A DNA stretch of 64,000 bases from positions 1 through 64,000 of IMG/VR virus record IMGVR_UViG_3300025133_000045; one strand, written 5' to 3'. The translations under genes were made by a program, and so were the position numbers. This stretch comes from a virus. This document shows, one piece after another, positions 26,732 through 37,500 of the stretch. How positions within the stretch are numbered: the stretch's first letter is position 1; each line of letters opens with the position of its first letter. The notes below the pieces were generated by a model. The model worked only from the letters and a program-made list of their open reading frames with translations, was not told where the DNA came from and did no database searches.

Positions 26732-27237
26732 ATAGCCCCCGCTTTTGCGATTATTAAAGAGTCGGCCCTGTCATAGGACTCAGGCTTTGGATTTCCAAAG
26801 CGCGTATAACCTATCACGAAACCTGGTTCGTTGTCAAGCAGATGCCTTAAAACAACTTGTTTTGCCTTTTCTCCTCTAGGAATTTTAATGCCGCATAGTT
26901 TGCGAGCGCTTGTTGCCGCGAGATATTCTGGCTTAATCTGAAATAAATCGTAAATAAGCCAAGACACAATCCCATTAAAGCGAGACAAGCTTGAAAGAGT
27001 CTTTGCAGATGAAAAACCTGAACGGAATGACTGTAGTGACTGTTCAATATAAACGTGTTCAATCTGCTTACCATATCGTTTGCGTATCTCTGTAACACCT
27101 TTTCTCACCACCTCCGCTTTGTCAAAGAAATCTTTATACTTCCTTGTATCCCAGACATCATTCTCGATTATGTTCCCCTGAAGATCGAGGAGAGTATAGC
27201 CAGTTATGCTCGAACTCACATCCAGGCCGAGAATCAT
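26704..27237 (-). CDS. RuvC-like Holliday junction resolvase
   Basis: MILGLDVSSSITG, VYIEQ, DRADS catalytic acidic residues. Confidence 0.8.
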   Translation of the reverse strand: MILGLDVSSSITGYTLLDLQGNIIENDVWDTRKYKDFFDKAEVVRKGVTEIRKRYGKQIEHVYIEQSLQSFRSGFSSAKTLSSLSRFNGIVSWLIYDLFQIKPEYLAATSARKLCGIKIPRGEKAKQVVLRHLLDNEPGFVIGYTRFGNPKPESYDRADSLIIAKAGAICEVKKLES

Positions 27238-27965
27238 TTGCTTCTCCCTCCATATGTCTCTGTTTCTCTATGACACGGAACACATAAGGTTCTTCCGTTC
27301 TCTATGTCCCACAACTCGTCGCAGTTTTTTGCTTCTTCTCTGCTTTGTATGTTGTTTTCTCTCATAATGAAGCTGAAAGGTTTTATGTGATCCACGTTCA
27401 TTGAGCCTTTCGCACCACAGGAACAGCAGGCCCAGTTGTCTTGCATAAATACTTTGTTTCGCCACTCTATGTATTCGGGCATTTTTCGCACACTTTGATT
27501 TATTGTAGTTATGCCGCCTCTCCAATTGTGGTGCCTTTCACCTCGTGGTGTGTTTTCCAGTTGTTTTCTTCTGGCCTCGGGGGTGTGTTTTCTGCCTCTA
27601 TTCTTTTGTCCGATCTTTTCTTTCACTTCTTGCGACCAGGACATACCGTAGTTCCAGGGCTTTGTACCCTTTTTGCTTTCGCTGATCTTCTTTTTTGTCG
27701 CATCGTCCCAGGGGGTGCCAGTGTTCCAGGCTTTGAAGCCATTTTCATATCTTTCTTTTGCGGCTTTTGAGATCTTTTCGCTGTGTCTTTTTGACCTCGG
27801 CTTTCCTTTCCTTGTAAGACCTAACTTTTTCCACAAAGTTCTAACTCGCATTTCCGTAAGTTCAAACATTTCGGCCATATCTTTGCGCGAATAATCTTCT
27901 TCAAAAGCCAAAATAAACTTCTCTATGTCTATGTTGTACTTGTCTATTTCCTTGCGAGGCGGCAT
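27234..27965 (-). mobile_element. Free-standing HNH homing endonuclease with NUMOD3-type repeats
   Basis: N-terminal HTH, repeats KKKISES/PWNYG/KHTPEARRK, NWRGG, CSC..VDHIKP..NGRTLCVPCH. Confidence 0.85.
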
Positions 27966-27990
27966 AGGGCATCACCCCTTCAATACATAG

Positions 27991-27998
27991 TAAATAGT
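27991..27998 (-). promoter_or_regulatory. Putative late promoter ACTATTTA
   Basis: Motif about 26 nt upstream of HNH start. Confidence 0.65.
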
Positions 27999-28067
27999 AT
28001 CGAGGAACCCAAATAGCCAGTAATAGAGGTAGAAAATGAACTTTCTCTCTAGATGTCTAGACGAAGT

Positions 28068-29297
28068 TTAAAAGTCAACTTTTAGTTTGAATGTGAATTC
28101 GCGTCCCTCTGTTTTTTTGACTGGTGTTGCGAGGCTGGCAATGCCAATCATGTTCCTGTTTTCATCATAAATGGCGACCTTCGTTATGTATGTCTCCTTC
28201 TGAAAGCTTGCTGTCGGAAAAGCGAAGGAAGAACTCGCCATATTTCGAATCGTAAGCTGATTCTCTTCGAACAAGTGCGTTCCCGTTATAGCAGAAGTAA
28301 TCGATTGACTCTGTTCATATTCGATATAAGTGGGATTCGGAGAATAGTTCAACTGTCCCTTCTTTGCGTGAGCCAGCATTGTAAGTGTCGGCACTTCTTG
28401 AATGCCCTCAAAGCTCAAAGAATAGCTTGAAGAGGGTATAATAGAAGACGGATTACCATCGTTCGCCCCCACCCCGTAGTACAGCCATGAGCCAGTCTGA
28501 GGGTTGGTGACATCGTTGATATAGTCGTCAGCAAATTCAGTCATGCCCCAACTGCCAGTCAGAAGCAAGAAGCCCTCTTTGTAAAGGACCACACCAGCCA
28601 CTGACCCACTTCCATTTGCCTGCGAAAAAGCCGACCCACTAACTTGGATCAAATCACCGTTTTGTCTTTTGTCCTGTAACTCGCCAACAAGAGTACCTGA
28701 GACATAGAACTTTAGCTTGACTGTGCCCTTCTTGATCTCGGACCCATAAAAGATCGAGGGTATAGAAATGAGATTCAGAGGCTGCGTACTCTTGTCCCAT
28801 GCTTCTCCAGTTATGGTGGAAACATAAGAATAATTTTGGCTTATTGGCTTGTACTCATTAAGAGTGTTTCTAAGTGCCACTATACGAGGGCGTGTGGCAT
28901 TTTCTATGTAGAAGTTCCTCGTAATGCTCGCAGACAACGGATAGCTGCCAGAGAGAACATCGCCATACGAAAAATCAGAATTAAACTGAGTTGTGGAGAT
29001 GGTCTTAAAAGACGTAAGACTTCCCTGTTTTGTGACAAAGGGGTAGATTATAGCCTTGTCAGCAACATTATCGGATCCAATCAGTCTCCCTGTTGCCTCT
29101 TCAAGCCTGTCAACATTAAGCTCATAGAGGTTTAGGTTGCCAACAGGAACATTTGGAACACTGCTGGCAAACGCTCCCGACTGCTCAGATTTGTTATTGA
29201 GATAGATTTGACCATCATAAATTACAAATTCTGTCTTTGGGGAGGTCTTTAGAACATTGAAAAACTTGTCAGATTCCTCAAACTTATAAAGAGGCAT
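28068..29297 (-). CDS. Baseplate/tail-fibre attachment structural protein
   Basis: C-terminal YITKVAIYDEN..MIGIA.LATPVKK..FTFKLKVDF; paralog of next gene. Confidence 0.6.
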   Translation of the reverse strand: MPLYKFEESDKFFNVLKTSPKTEFVIYDGQIYLNNKSEQSGAFASSVPNVPVGNLNLYELNVDRLEEATGRLIGSDNVADKAIIYPFVTKQGSLTSFKTISTTQFNSDFSYGDVLSGSYPLSASITRNFYIENATRPRIVALRNTLNEYKPISQNYSYVSTITGEAWDKSTQPLNLISIPSIFYGSEIKKGTVKLKFYVSGTLVGELQDKRQNGDLIQVSGSAFSQANGSGSVAGVVLYKEGFLLLTGSWGMTEFADDYINDVTNPQTGSWLYYGVGANDGNPSSIIPSSSYSLSFEGIQEVPTLTMLAHAKKGQLNYSPNPTYIEYEQSQSITSAITGTHLFEENQLTIRNMASSSFAFPTASFQKETYITKVAIYDENRNMIGIASLATPVKKTEGREFTFKLKVDF

Positions 29298-29309
29298 CTC
29301 AAACCCCCC

Positions 29310-30434
29310 TTAGTAATCAAGACGAACACGCAACGTCAACTCGTTTGTCGGAGTCTTCTTCAAGGGTTCAGAAATTTTAGCAACCGCCAACAGTTCATTA
29401 TCGGCTGAATATAGACCGACTGCCGTAATATAAGAAACTGGCATGTCTGTGCTCTTGTTCTTTGTAACGATCTTGCTCGCACTCAAATAAGTGGGGTTAG
29501 AAGAATAGTTGAAGTCGGTATGATTCGCCCGACAGAAGTAAATCGTAGAATTCAATTCAGTCGTGTTGTTGAAAGATAAGGTCTGGAGACAATTCCTGAA
29601 TCCATCTGCGGCTCCAGAAATAGAGGCACCTGTTAAATAAGATTGAACCGAAGCGCTGTGTGCTGCAAAATCATAAGATCCTGAACCTGGAGGTCCGAAT
29701 CCTCCATTACCGTAAGTTAGAGTTTGGCCTGGCAATTCACTGCCCGTGGCAAAGACCGAGGCTGTCAGAACCACAATGCCAGCCTGGTAATAGATCAGGC
29801 CAACCTTGGCACCCCCATCGGGAGATGAATCAGCCGCATACAAAAATCCATACTCGCCAGCGGGAGAATTTACTCTATAATCTGTGAGCGACCCACTATC
29901 ATTAATGACCGTAGGAACGGTTGTTGCTTCACGCATCGGAGGCCCATGCCCACCAGTTAACAGTGTCATCGAGAAAGAACCTTTCTTAATTTCGTCTTTC
30001 CCAAGAAGGCGTGCAAAGTTGATGAAAAAGGCAGCGGTATTAAGGCCCGAAGCTACAGTACCACCACTAAAATCACCGTCTTGATCGAAGTTTCGAATGC
30101 TTCCTGCCGCATCATATCCAACGAGCGTTTGAGCCATTTGATTGTAAACGTTAATCTTCTTGGCTTGCTGTGAATGGACTGCTGGAGCGGACTTTGAAAG
30201 GTCAGTATTGTCGGCTGAAAACCCACAGGTGATGTCGAGAATATGATTTGCCGAAGAACTCAAATAGGGGTAGTCATAAACGCTCTGGAACATGCCGTGA
30301 GCATAATTTTTAATATTACCCTCGTTAACATACGTCCCTGAAACGATTGTTCCAGTTACTGGGACTGCTTCATGAAGAAGAGTGCGCGTTGTCGCAACAT
30401 CATTATTCAAAAAGTTCTTAAATATTGTAGCCAT
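29310..30434 (-). CDS. Baseplate/tail-fibre attachment structural protein
   Basis: C-terminal YITAVGLYSADNELLAVAKISEPLKK..LTLRVRLDY. Confidence 0.6.
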   Translation of the reverse strand: MATIFKNFLNNDVATTRTLLHEAVPVTGTIVSGTYVNEGNIKNYAHGMFQSVYDYPYLSSSANHILDITCGFSADNTDLSKSAPAVHSQQAKKINVYNQMAQTLVGYDAAGSIRNFDQDGDFSGGTVASGLNTAAFFINFARLLGKDEIKKGSFSMTLLTGGHGPPMREATTVPTVINDSGSLTDYRVNSPAGEYGFLYAADSSPDGGAKVGLIYYQAGIVVLTASVFATGSELPGQTLTYGNGGFGPPGSGSYDFAAHSASVQSYLTGASISGAADGFRNCLQTLSFNNTTELNSTIYFCRANHTDFNYSSNPTYLSASKIVTKNKSTDMPVSYITAVGLYSADNELLAVAKISEPLKKTPTNELTLRVRLDY

Positions 30435-30454
30435 TTTTTATCCTTTCCTCAAGA

Positions 30455-31387
30455 TTAGCTCAACCATTTGACATAACGAATAGGGATATCAATTCGATAT
30501 CCAGTAGTCGCCCCCGTCACACGGATAGTAGTATCAATATAGTAGTAGGTGCTGGTAACCGGTGTAAACGTCGACCCCAACTCTGTAAATAGGAAGGTGC
30601 TCGAATTTAAGTCAATGGAAGCCTGTACCTGAAATCGTAACATGGTCCCCCTTGGTCCAGCAATAGACTGATTGGTAGCGCCCGCGCCAGCATCATTCTG
30701 TGTGACAAACTGTGAATCTGTCCCTAAAGATAAATAATAACTTGCTATACTATCATCGTCGATAAAAGAAACCGATGCTGCTGTTTCGCCGCCTTTCGAT
30801 ACCAAACTTCCAAACCTGTTGTCCATTTCCACAATGTATTGTGTTTCCAACAAATCAGCATCAAGCAAGTTGTCCGCAGAAATCTCTGTCGTGTCTAGCC
30901 CCTGATCGACTCGTATATAAGTGCCACCAGAAGTAGGGTTAGCTCCATCAATGAAGCCAGACAAGCCTTCAGCGCCCGCCGCTGAGACGAGATCTCCACC
31001 ACTGCCAACATATTGTTCAGTTCTTTTGTCAACGGCGACCCCAAAATACCCACCCGAATATCTTTTATGAGCAGTGCCAGTTGCCTCATTTAGCTCCAGA
31101 ACCGGGAGGTAGAGCAGATTCGTTCTCGAAATGGACAGCAACTTTGTTTTCATCGAAGAGGTGTTGTTGGTAAAAGCTTCCAAGATTGGCGTTTGAAGGA
31201 TTTCTAAATCGTAGTAAGCAGAGCCACTAGCATGATTCTTGTTGTAATTATCATAGTCGATCTCGTCATCGGCAAAAGCAAACTTTGCAATCTTGAAGCT
31301 TCCGTCACCTCGGGCAAGCCTCATCCTTCCTGTGTCTGTCAGGACCGCATCTAAAATAATGTCTCCGCTATTATCTAAAAAAGCCAT
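30455..31387 (-). CDS. Baseplate structural protein
   Basis: N-terminal FLDNSGDIILDAVLTDTGR..LA.G..FKI.KFAF.DDEIDY. Confidence 0.6.
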   Translation of the reverse strand: MAFLDNSGDIILDAVLTDTGRMRLARGDGSFKIAKFAFADDEIDYDNYNKNHASGSAYYDLEILQTPILEAFTNNTSSMKTKLLSISRTNLLYLPVLELNEATGTAHKRYSGGYFGVAVDKRTEQYVGSGGDLVSAAGAEGLSGFIDGANPTSGGTYIRVDQGLDTTEISADNLLDADLLETQYIVEMDNRFGSLVSKGGETAASVSFIDDDSIASYYLSLGTDSQFVTQNDAGAGATNQSIAGPRGTMLRFQVQASIDLNSSTFLFTELGSTFTPVTSTYYYIDTTIRVTGATTGYRIDIPIRYVKWLS

Positions 31388-31406
31388 TGTTATTCCTCTA
31401 CTCCTA

Positions 31407-31430
31407 TAAATAGTGTTTAATGTAATTAGT
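31407..31430 (-). promoter_or_regulatory. Two tandem late promoter motifs (ACTAATTA, ACTATTTA)
   Basis: Copies at 31423-31430 and 31407-31414. Confidence 0.7.
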
Positions 31431-31471
31431 TTCCAAAATTCAAATAATACTTAGTTTATGCTTGTCTCTTT

Positions 31472-34400
31472 TTATATAATGCCCCTCAGAGCAGAGCCTC
31501 TACCCACACCTGGCTCATCCACTCCTTCAGGTATCGTGCCTACTCCTGTTACAATAAGGGTAGCACCAGTGGTATCATCAGGGTCTCCATCGGATGCCGA
31601 TCCCATAACGGTACCGCCCGTCATAGTCGCCAATGCCCCAGTAGAAAGTGCCGCCCCTATAGTAACGGGAGTGGTAACCGTTGTTGGGCCTAACTTTCTA
31701 AGCTCTATTTCTTCTGGCGATACAACGTGCTCCTTGCTATAAGTAACATTTAGATCTATTTTTCTACCAGTTGACTTAGAAATAAACCGAATTTTATACT
31801 TTTTCCCCCAAATACTTTCATCTTCCACGCCCAGAGCATATTGTGTACCCTTCGTCAACGCCGATGGTGCCGCGCCCAGCCCAGACCTCTCTTTATTAAA
31901 GATCCCCTGAGTTATTCTCGGAACAATATTAATATAACGCTTTGCTACCTTGGTTGTGTCGAATGGTGGCGGCTTCTCCTCTAGAGGAATAATATTCGTC
32001 ACCATAAATATCGCGCCATCATTGTCAACCAACTCAACTTCATAAACCTCTGTTGGATTGGACTTGTGGTTGTGTATATCAACTGCCCTGAACATATAAT
32101 AATATTTTGTATTAGGAGTCACTGTATCAACGTAGGATGCGGAAGAGGATCTTTGTAAAGAATCATCCTTAATCAGTGTCGACAAAAAAGCTCGACGGCT
32201 ATTTGCAAAATCTTGATATATTTCTGGCTTTTCTGTGAGCCTAAAAATCTCAAACGCGCTTGCAATATCATCCGACCTATAGCGGATAGGCTCAGAATTG
32301 CTCAAATAATTTGTCCTTCTTATCTTGTTGATTTCTGTTTTCTCGCTCTGGCTTAGAGGAATGGGATATGCCTCATAATCACCCACACTGGAGTTGAGCC
32401 AAATTAAGATTTTCCCATTGTCTCCGCGATAAGGGGTGATGACTGTGTTTGGCGGTACGGGAGGACTATCCACCACAAAACCAGAATGGGAGAAGAATGG
32501 AACCTCGACCACATTAACAAGCGGATAGGTCATAACATTTACTTTCGCTGTCGGCCCCTGTGGCATAGATCGCTGTTGCTCAACCGGAGGAACTGATATA
32601 GAGTCGATCTCTCCTGTTCCATAATTTACAATAGCTACTGCGAGGGCGTCCAAGAAATTAGTGCTTTCAAAGCCATAATCCGATGAAACCTCATTGGCAA
32701 GGGCTGCCACATACTCTGACCACGCTAAAGCATCTAAGCTTCCTGAAAATACATAAATGGTAACGATATCCTGCGCAAGAGCATTAATGTTTGCTGTATC
32801 GGTTCCGAGCAACTTAAAAGTAGGCACCACTTTTAAATAATCAGCCTTGACACAAGTTAAATCAATATCGCCCCGTCTATTACACTTCATGCCCGAAAGT
32901 CTTGGGAACGTAATTTCGGGACACACTTCTACCGTTCGTGTGCGCTGCTGTAAGGGCTGGAAGCTTACTGGCCCATAATGGTATTCAGTGCCTACAACTA
33001 GCTGATATGCGTACACGATGTACGTGTATCGCTTATTGTATTTAACCTGTGTGTCTACAAAATTAATGATCTCGATATTATTTGAGTTTGGAAACCAGTA
33101 ATTCTGTATGGGCTCACTATTCTCGGGAGATCCAGAATATTTTGCGATCCGATATAAAACCGTTTCCGTGTGACACGGAACCCCTTCCATCACCTCTTCG
33201 AAAGAACGAAGATTATCTTTAACTATGTCACGTAGCTTGCCAGAGAAAACCAACAAGTTCAATGCTTGAGCAAGATTGTTGTTTTGTACCCCTGAACTGA
33301 TATAAGCTGAATATGTGTCTGGTCCGACAAAAGTCTGATTTTTGTAAACCGTGGGGACCAAACCTTTTAAATATTGTTTCCACCATGTTAAAAGATCAAG
33401 CGTCTTATAGCTTCCTCGGCCAGCAATAATCCGTCCCACCCCACCTGGTGACTGAGAAGAATTTTGTTTTACGGCATAGAGATTCTCCATAGAACCACCG
33501 ATTTGTTTCAAGAGGGTTAAATTGGTGCCGCCACAAGCAGCAGCTACCTGCCTCTGAAAAGAAGTGGATAGGCTCGCATCCTCTAAAATCTGAGCTATTT
33601 CAGTTGCACTGTCGGTTGAGAAATCAACTTCCACATACATCGGGAATGACTCTTTCTTCGTTACATCACTCAACAAACTAAGATTCTCAAAAGGGAAAAT
33701 AAAGTTTTGATATCTCACAGAGAAATTATTCATAAATTCTCTTTTTGCTTTTTTGTAAGCAGCCGATACCAAATTAAAATAAACTAGCTCCCCATAGTTC
33801 ACTGGAAGTGCCATGGTTGGCGATGCACTCTCAACAGCCCTTTGGGCTTCAGAAGCCGATGTTCTCCGTATCGATGCCTTCTGATCAGCTATCATGCCCT
33901 TCATGGTGCGCAGGTAATACATGTTCCTTGAAATATCTTCTGAGAGGAAGGCATAGAGATTGGGCAAAAGCTCTTCACGAACACTTCTAATCGTCTTCTC
34001 AAAACCAGAGACATAGAAATTATAGTTGAAATCAACGTTAGCATATCCAATATTCGATACATCCCCAAACTTTTTCCGCTCCCTTTGATCCAGCGGAGTA
34101 TCAATTCTAAAAGAGTAATCCTTAAATCTTTTTGTCTTGGTGAGGGTTCCAAGATTCGTCTGCATAGAAAGGTTTTGCGGGACCAGCGTATTTATCAGCT
34201 TTTTCCAATCCCTAAGAGGCTCCTCTTTCTTCTGAGGGTGCCAAAACGACTCGTGACCATAAAAATAAACTTCCTGCTCTTTTGAGCAAAATGGTGGGTT
34301 CTTTAACAAACGAGTTATCACCTGGCCATAAGAAAGGTCCAGATGGTAAGTGTTGCTAAACTTGTTTGCCTTTTGCTCATTGCCATATTTTAAGCTTGAT

Positions 34401-34513
34401 TTTCCAACAACCCAATATTTCCCCATTGCATCCCGAAGAGTATCAGGAAGAGAGGTTTTCCGAACCTTGGCATTGTCTTTAAAAATATATGTATTTTTTT
34501 TGCCTATCTGCAT
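31472..34513 (-). CDS. Large virion protein with FN3/Ig-like modules
   Basis: FVDTQVKYNKRYTYIVYAY and YVDTVTPNTKYYYMFRAVD FN3-like motifs; Thr/Gly-rich tail. Confidence 0.6.
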   Translation of the reverse strand: MQIGKKNTYIFKDNAKVRKTSLPDTLRDAMGKYWVVGKSSLKYGNEQKANKFSNTYHLDLSYGQVITRLLKNPPFCSKEQEVYFYGHESFWHPQKKEEPLRDWKKLINTLVPQNLSMQTNLGTLTKTKRFKDYSFRIDTPLDQRERKKFGDVSNIGYANVDFNYNFYVSGFEKTIRSVREELLPNLYAFLSEDISRNMYYLRTMKGMIADQKASIRRTSASEAQRAVESASPTMALPVNYGELVYFNLVSAAYKKAKREFMNNFSVRYQNFIFPFENLSLLSDVTKKESFPMYVEVDFSTDSATEIAQILEDASLSTSFQRQVAAACGGTNLTLLKQIGGSMENLYAVKQNSSQSPGGVGRIIAGRGSYKTLDLLTWWKQYLKGLVPTVYKNQTFVGPDTYSAYISSGVQNNNLAQALNLLVFSGKLRDIVKDNLRSFEEVMEGVPCHTETVLYRIAKYSGSPENSEPIQNYWFPNSNNIEIINFVDTQVKYNKRYTYIVYAYQLVVGTEYHYGPVSFQPLQQRTRTVEVCPEITFPRLSGMKCNRRGDIDLTCVKADYLKVVPTFKLLGTDTANINALAQDIVTIYVFSGSLDALAWSEYVAALANEVSSDYGFESTNFLDALAVAIVNYGTGEIDSISVPPVEQQRSMPQGPTAKVNVMTYPLVNVVEVPFFSHSGFVVDSPPVPPNTVITPYRGDNGKILIWLNSSVGDYEAYPIPLSQSEKTEINKIRRTNYLSNSEPIRYRSDDIASAFEIFRLTEKPEIYQDFANSRRAFLSTLIKDDSLQRSSSASYVDTVTPNTKYYYMFRAVDIHNHKSNPTEVYEVELVDNDGAIFMVTNIIPLEEKPPPFDTTKVAKRYINIVPRITQGIFNKERSGLGAAPSALTKGTQYALGVEDESIWGKKYKIRFISKSTGRKIDLNVTYSKEHVVSPEEIELRKLGPTTVTTPVTIGAALSTGALATMTGGTVMGSASDGDPDDTTGATLIVTGVGTIPEGVDEPGVGRGSALRGII

Positions 34514-34514
34514 C

Positions 34515-37500
34515 TCAATAACCCCTCATAGTGGAGGAGCCCCTCATAGTGGAGGAACCCCCAAAGGCACTTGGAGCCGCTGTATCTGGCTCGTCCATGG
34601 CCCCTCCTCCCAGCACAGAATCTGTTTTACCAGTGATGCCATCCAACATTGCAGGCTGTGCCAGATCGAGCGTTAAACTGTCCCACTGCGAGGCCAAATC
34701 TGACAATAGTTCCATATCTGTCGGTGTCGCCTGTGTCTGCGGTGTCGCCTGTGTCGGTGATGCCTGTGTCGGTGATGTCCCAGCAACGGCCTGCATATAT
34801 GAGTCCACGTAATCAAAAGTTTGTATCGGCTCCTTCCCGCTAGTCTCAAGAGGTGCTCCAATAAAATCCAGATTATAAGAAAACGTATCATCTTCTACCG
34901 CATTCGAAGCTGCCACCTCTTGTGTCGGGCCTGCTACATGTGGACGTGTCTCTGGAATCAAGATCTTTCCTACACAGAGACAACTTACCTCGTCCATCAA
35001 AGTGGAAACAATGTTATCCAAACTACCATTATCCTTATATGGATCGTGATAAGACTGTGGGTTCTTTGCCTTCTCTTGTCTGATCACCGTTCTCATATTT
35101 GTCGAAGAACCAGACTTCGACAGTTCATTGCTCAATCTAGAACCAAGGCCCGACAAGGTTGAAGCCAAAGACCTAGACGATCTCGCCCTTGGCTTTGGCG
35201 ATGCCGCTGCTTTGTTGTCCGAGGCCAAAAGAAAATAAGAATTGTAATAAGGCATCTGTGCAAATTGGGACATTCCAATTTTGTAAACCGGATCGCTATA
35301 CATAACCAGCCTACACAAGATAACACTAGACTCTCTGGCCAAGGTATTTAAAATATTAAACTTAAGAGGAGCCCAAACCGGTGCTGATACTTGTATCCCT
35401 TCGGTTGATGTGTGCTTATAAGAAACCAGATATTCAACTTGTGCTATATTTTGATAGTTCCACATAAACATGGCGGCAGTACGAGTATCGTTGGCTACAT
35501 CATAATCCTTTGCAAACCAACTTTCTTTAACCATATCATCGGTACTCATTATCACAGATTTAATTTGATTGGGGATGGCGCGCATAGCTTCTGTATCATA
35601 GGTGCCTGGGCTATCTGGAACCGAATAGTTCTCTAAAATGGCACCGTTATTTGCCAAATTGAGATCACCAATTTTAATCTGCTCAACCTTAGTACCTCCT
35701 TTGAATGAAGCGTCGGGAGAAAATCTCTGATTCCTCATAAAGTTCAGATTTGAAGAGAACATGTTTGCAATTTGTTTCATATCTATGTCAGGAACTGGAG
35801 GGGCGAATGCGCTATTCATCAGCAACGCATCACTTACAAACTTATCACCAACTCCCAACATGCCCACAGAACTTACAGTAGCATCAATAGACGCTGCCGA
35901 AGTGGCTGCTGAAGTCGACAAATCTTTGGATTCGAAAGGGCTTTGAACCGTCACCCCAAGCTGGCCAAGAAAGTTAGCTCTTTCATTATTATTCTCCGTA
36001 GATGCAGGGGCTGGCTCCACATTGTTCCCATGCTTCTGTATCTCTCTGGTCAACACTGAAACGCTAAAATCGGAAAACCCTTCCGTATTTGCCAGCATAT
36101 CTCCCGACTTCCCAGACATAGATAAGGTTAAAGATCCATTTCTGGCGGCTTCTGGAGTTAAGTAAGTCGCTCCATAAGTCTCTAAATCTTTCAATCCAGA
36201 GAAGGGATCTGAATCAGCTACTGGCAGAGCAACACCGAGCACCTGTTGAGAAAGCTTGGCTCCTTTGGGAACAAAATATTTACTGTTCTCTTCTACAAGC
36301 CTGTTCTTATAATCTCGGATAGTAAACGTATGCGGACCCGAATATGAATTCCTGTTTCTCAAATTCATAAACTCCAGACCATATTGGTCAGGCACTTCGC
36401 TGTCGAACAAATGCGAGAACAACTGGGCGTCTTTTAAAATAAACTTTTCAAAGGATTGCGACGTGCCCGTTTTCGCAACCCTGTTAACGTTGACGGATTT
36501 CTTATCTCCCAAGCGCTCGACCAGAATGGCCTCCAGCTTTTGAATTAAGCCAAGAATACCATATATGCCTGCTGGAGTTCCTGACCTGGGGTTGCACAGC
36601 GTGAATAACCGCTTGTACAACCTCGTATTTTCTGCTGTACCCATATCGGTTAAGACGCTTAAGGCTTGACAAAACTGAGCTATCGCATCAACCCACGGCT
36701 TTACTGGGGGGCGCTTGTTATCATAGTAGTCCATAAACTCGGGCTTAAACTGACCTGTGCTTTCGTCATAAAAACTAGGAGACGTACTCAGGTTGTAATA
36801 CAAAGAAAAACCACCGAGGGACTTTGATAGCTTGCTCAGAATGTCATTCATATATGTGATGGTCCCATCCTCTACTTCTACTTCCACGCTATACTGATAA
36901 AGCCCATCTGTTTCCTTGTCTATGGTATAATCACTCACAGCATAAGTTCTTATATCCCCAGTGTTGCGCAAATAAATTTCTCTAATTGACCCCTCTGTTT
37001 CCTTTTTCTCTTTCTTCAGGCTACCATTTATATCACCAGATTCCACAACCAAAACCGGAGCTTTGCCAAATGCGTTGTAAGGGTGTATCCTCAAGTTGCC
37101 TCCCTTTACGGGAGACCCCACTTTATTAAACGTGATCTGCGGATTGGCTCTGTGTCTAAAAATCTTGAGGGTTATGACCCTGGAAAGCTTGAGCATTCTT
37201 TTCTTTGCTTCGGCGTTACGTGAAAAAGTGAAAAGACTTCCAAATTGACTTTGTTGCTTTATAAGTTCCATAAAATCGAATGAAAAAACAAAATTAGAAA
37301 TGGTCCCGCCCGCTTCTAAGCCCCTCGTTACAAAGGCATCAGAAAAATAAGCTGATCGATCTTCGACCGTCACTTTGCTGGCTGCGTAGTTCTCGCCAAC
37401 CCTATCCAAATACGACTCTATTGGCTTTAAATTAATCTCCTTTGCTAGTGGCGCATCGATGTCTCTAAAATCTTGCACTGTCGTATTAATAACCTTCTCA

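Noticed and set aside
28048-28061. TCTAGATGTCTAGA palindrome
   Set aside because: Short, single occurrence, no U-tract; cannot support a function
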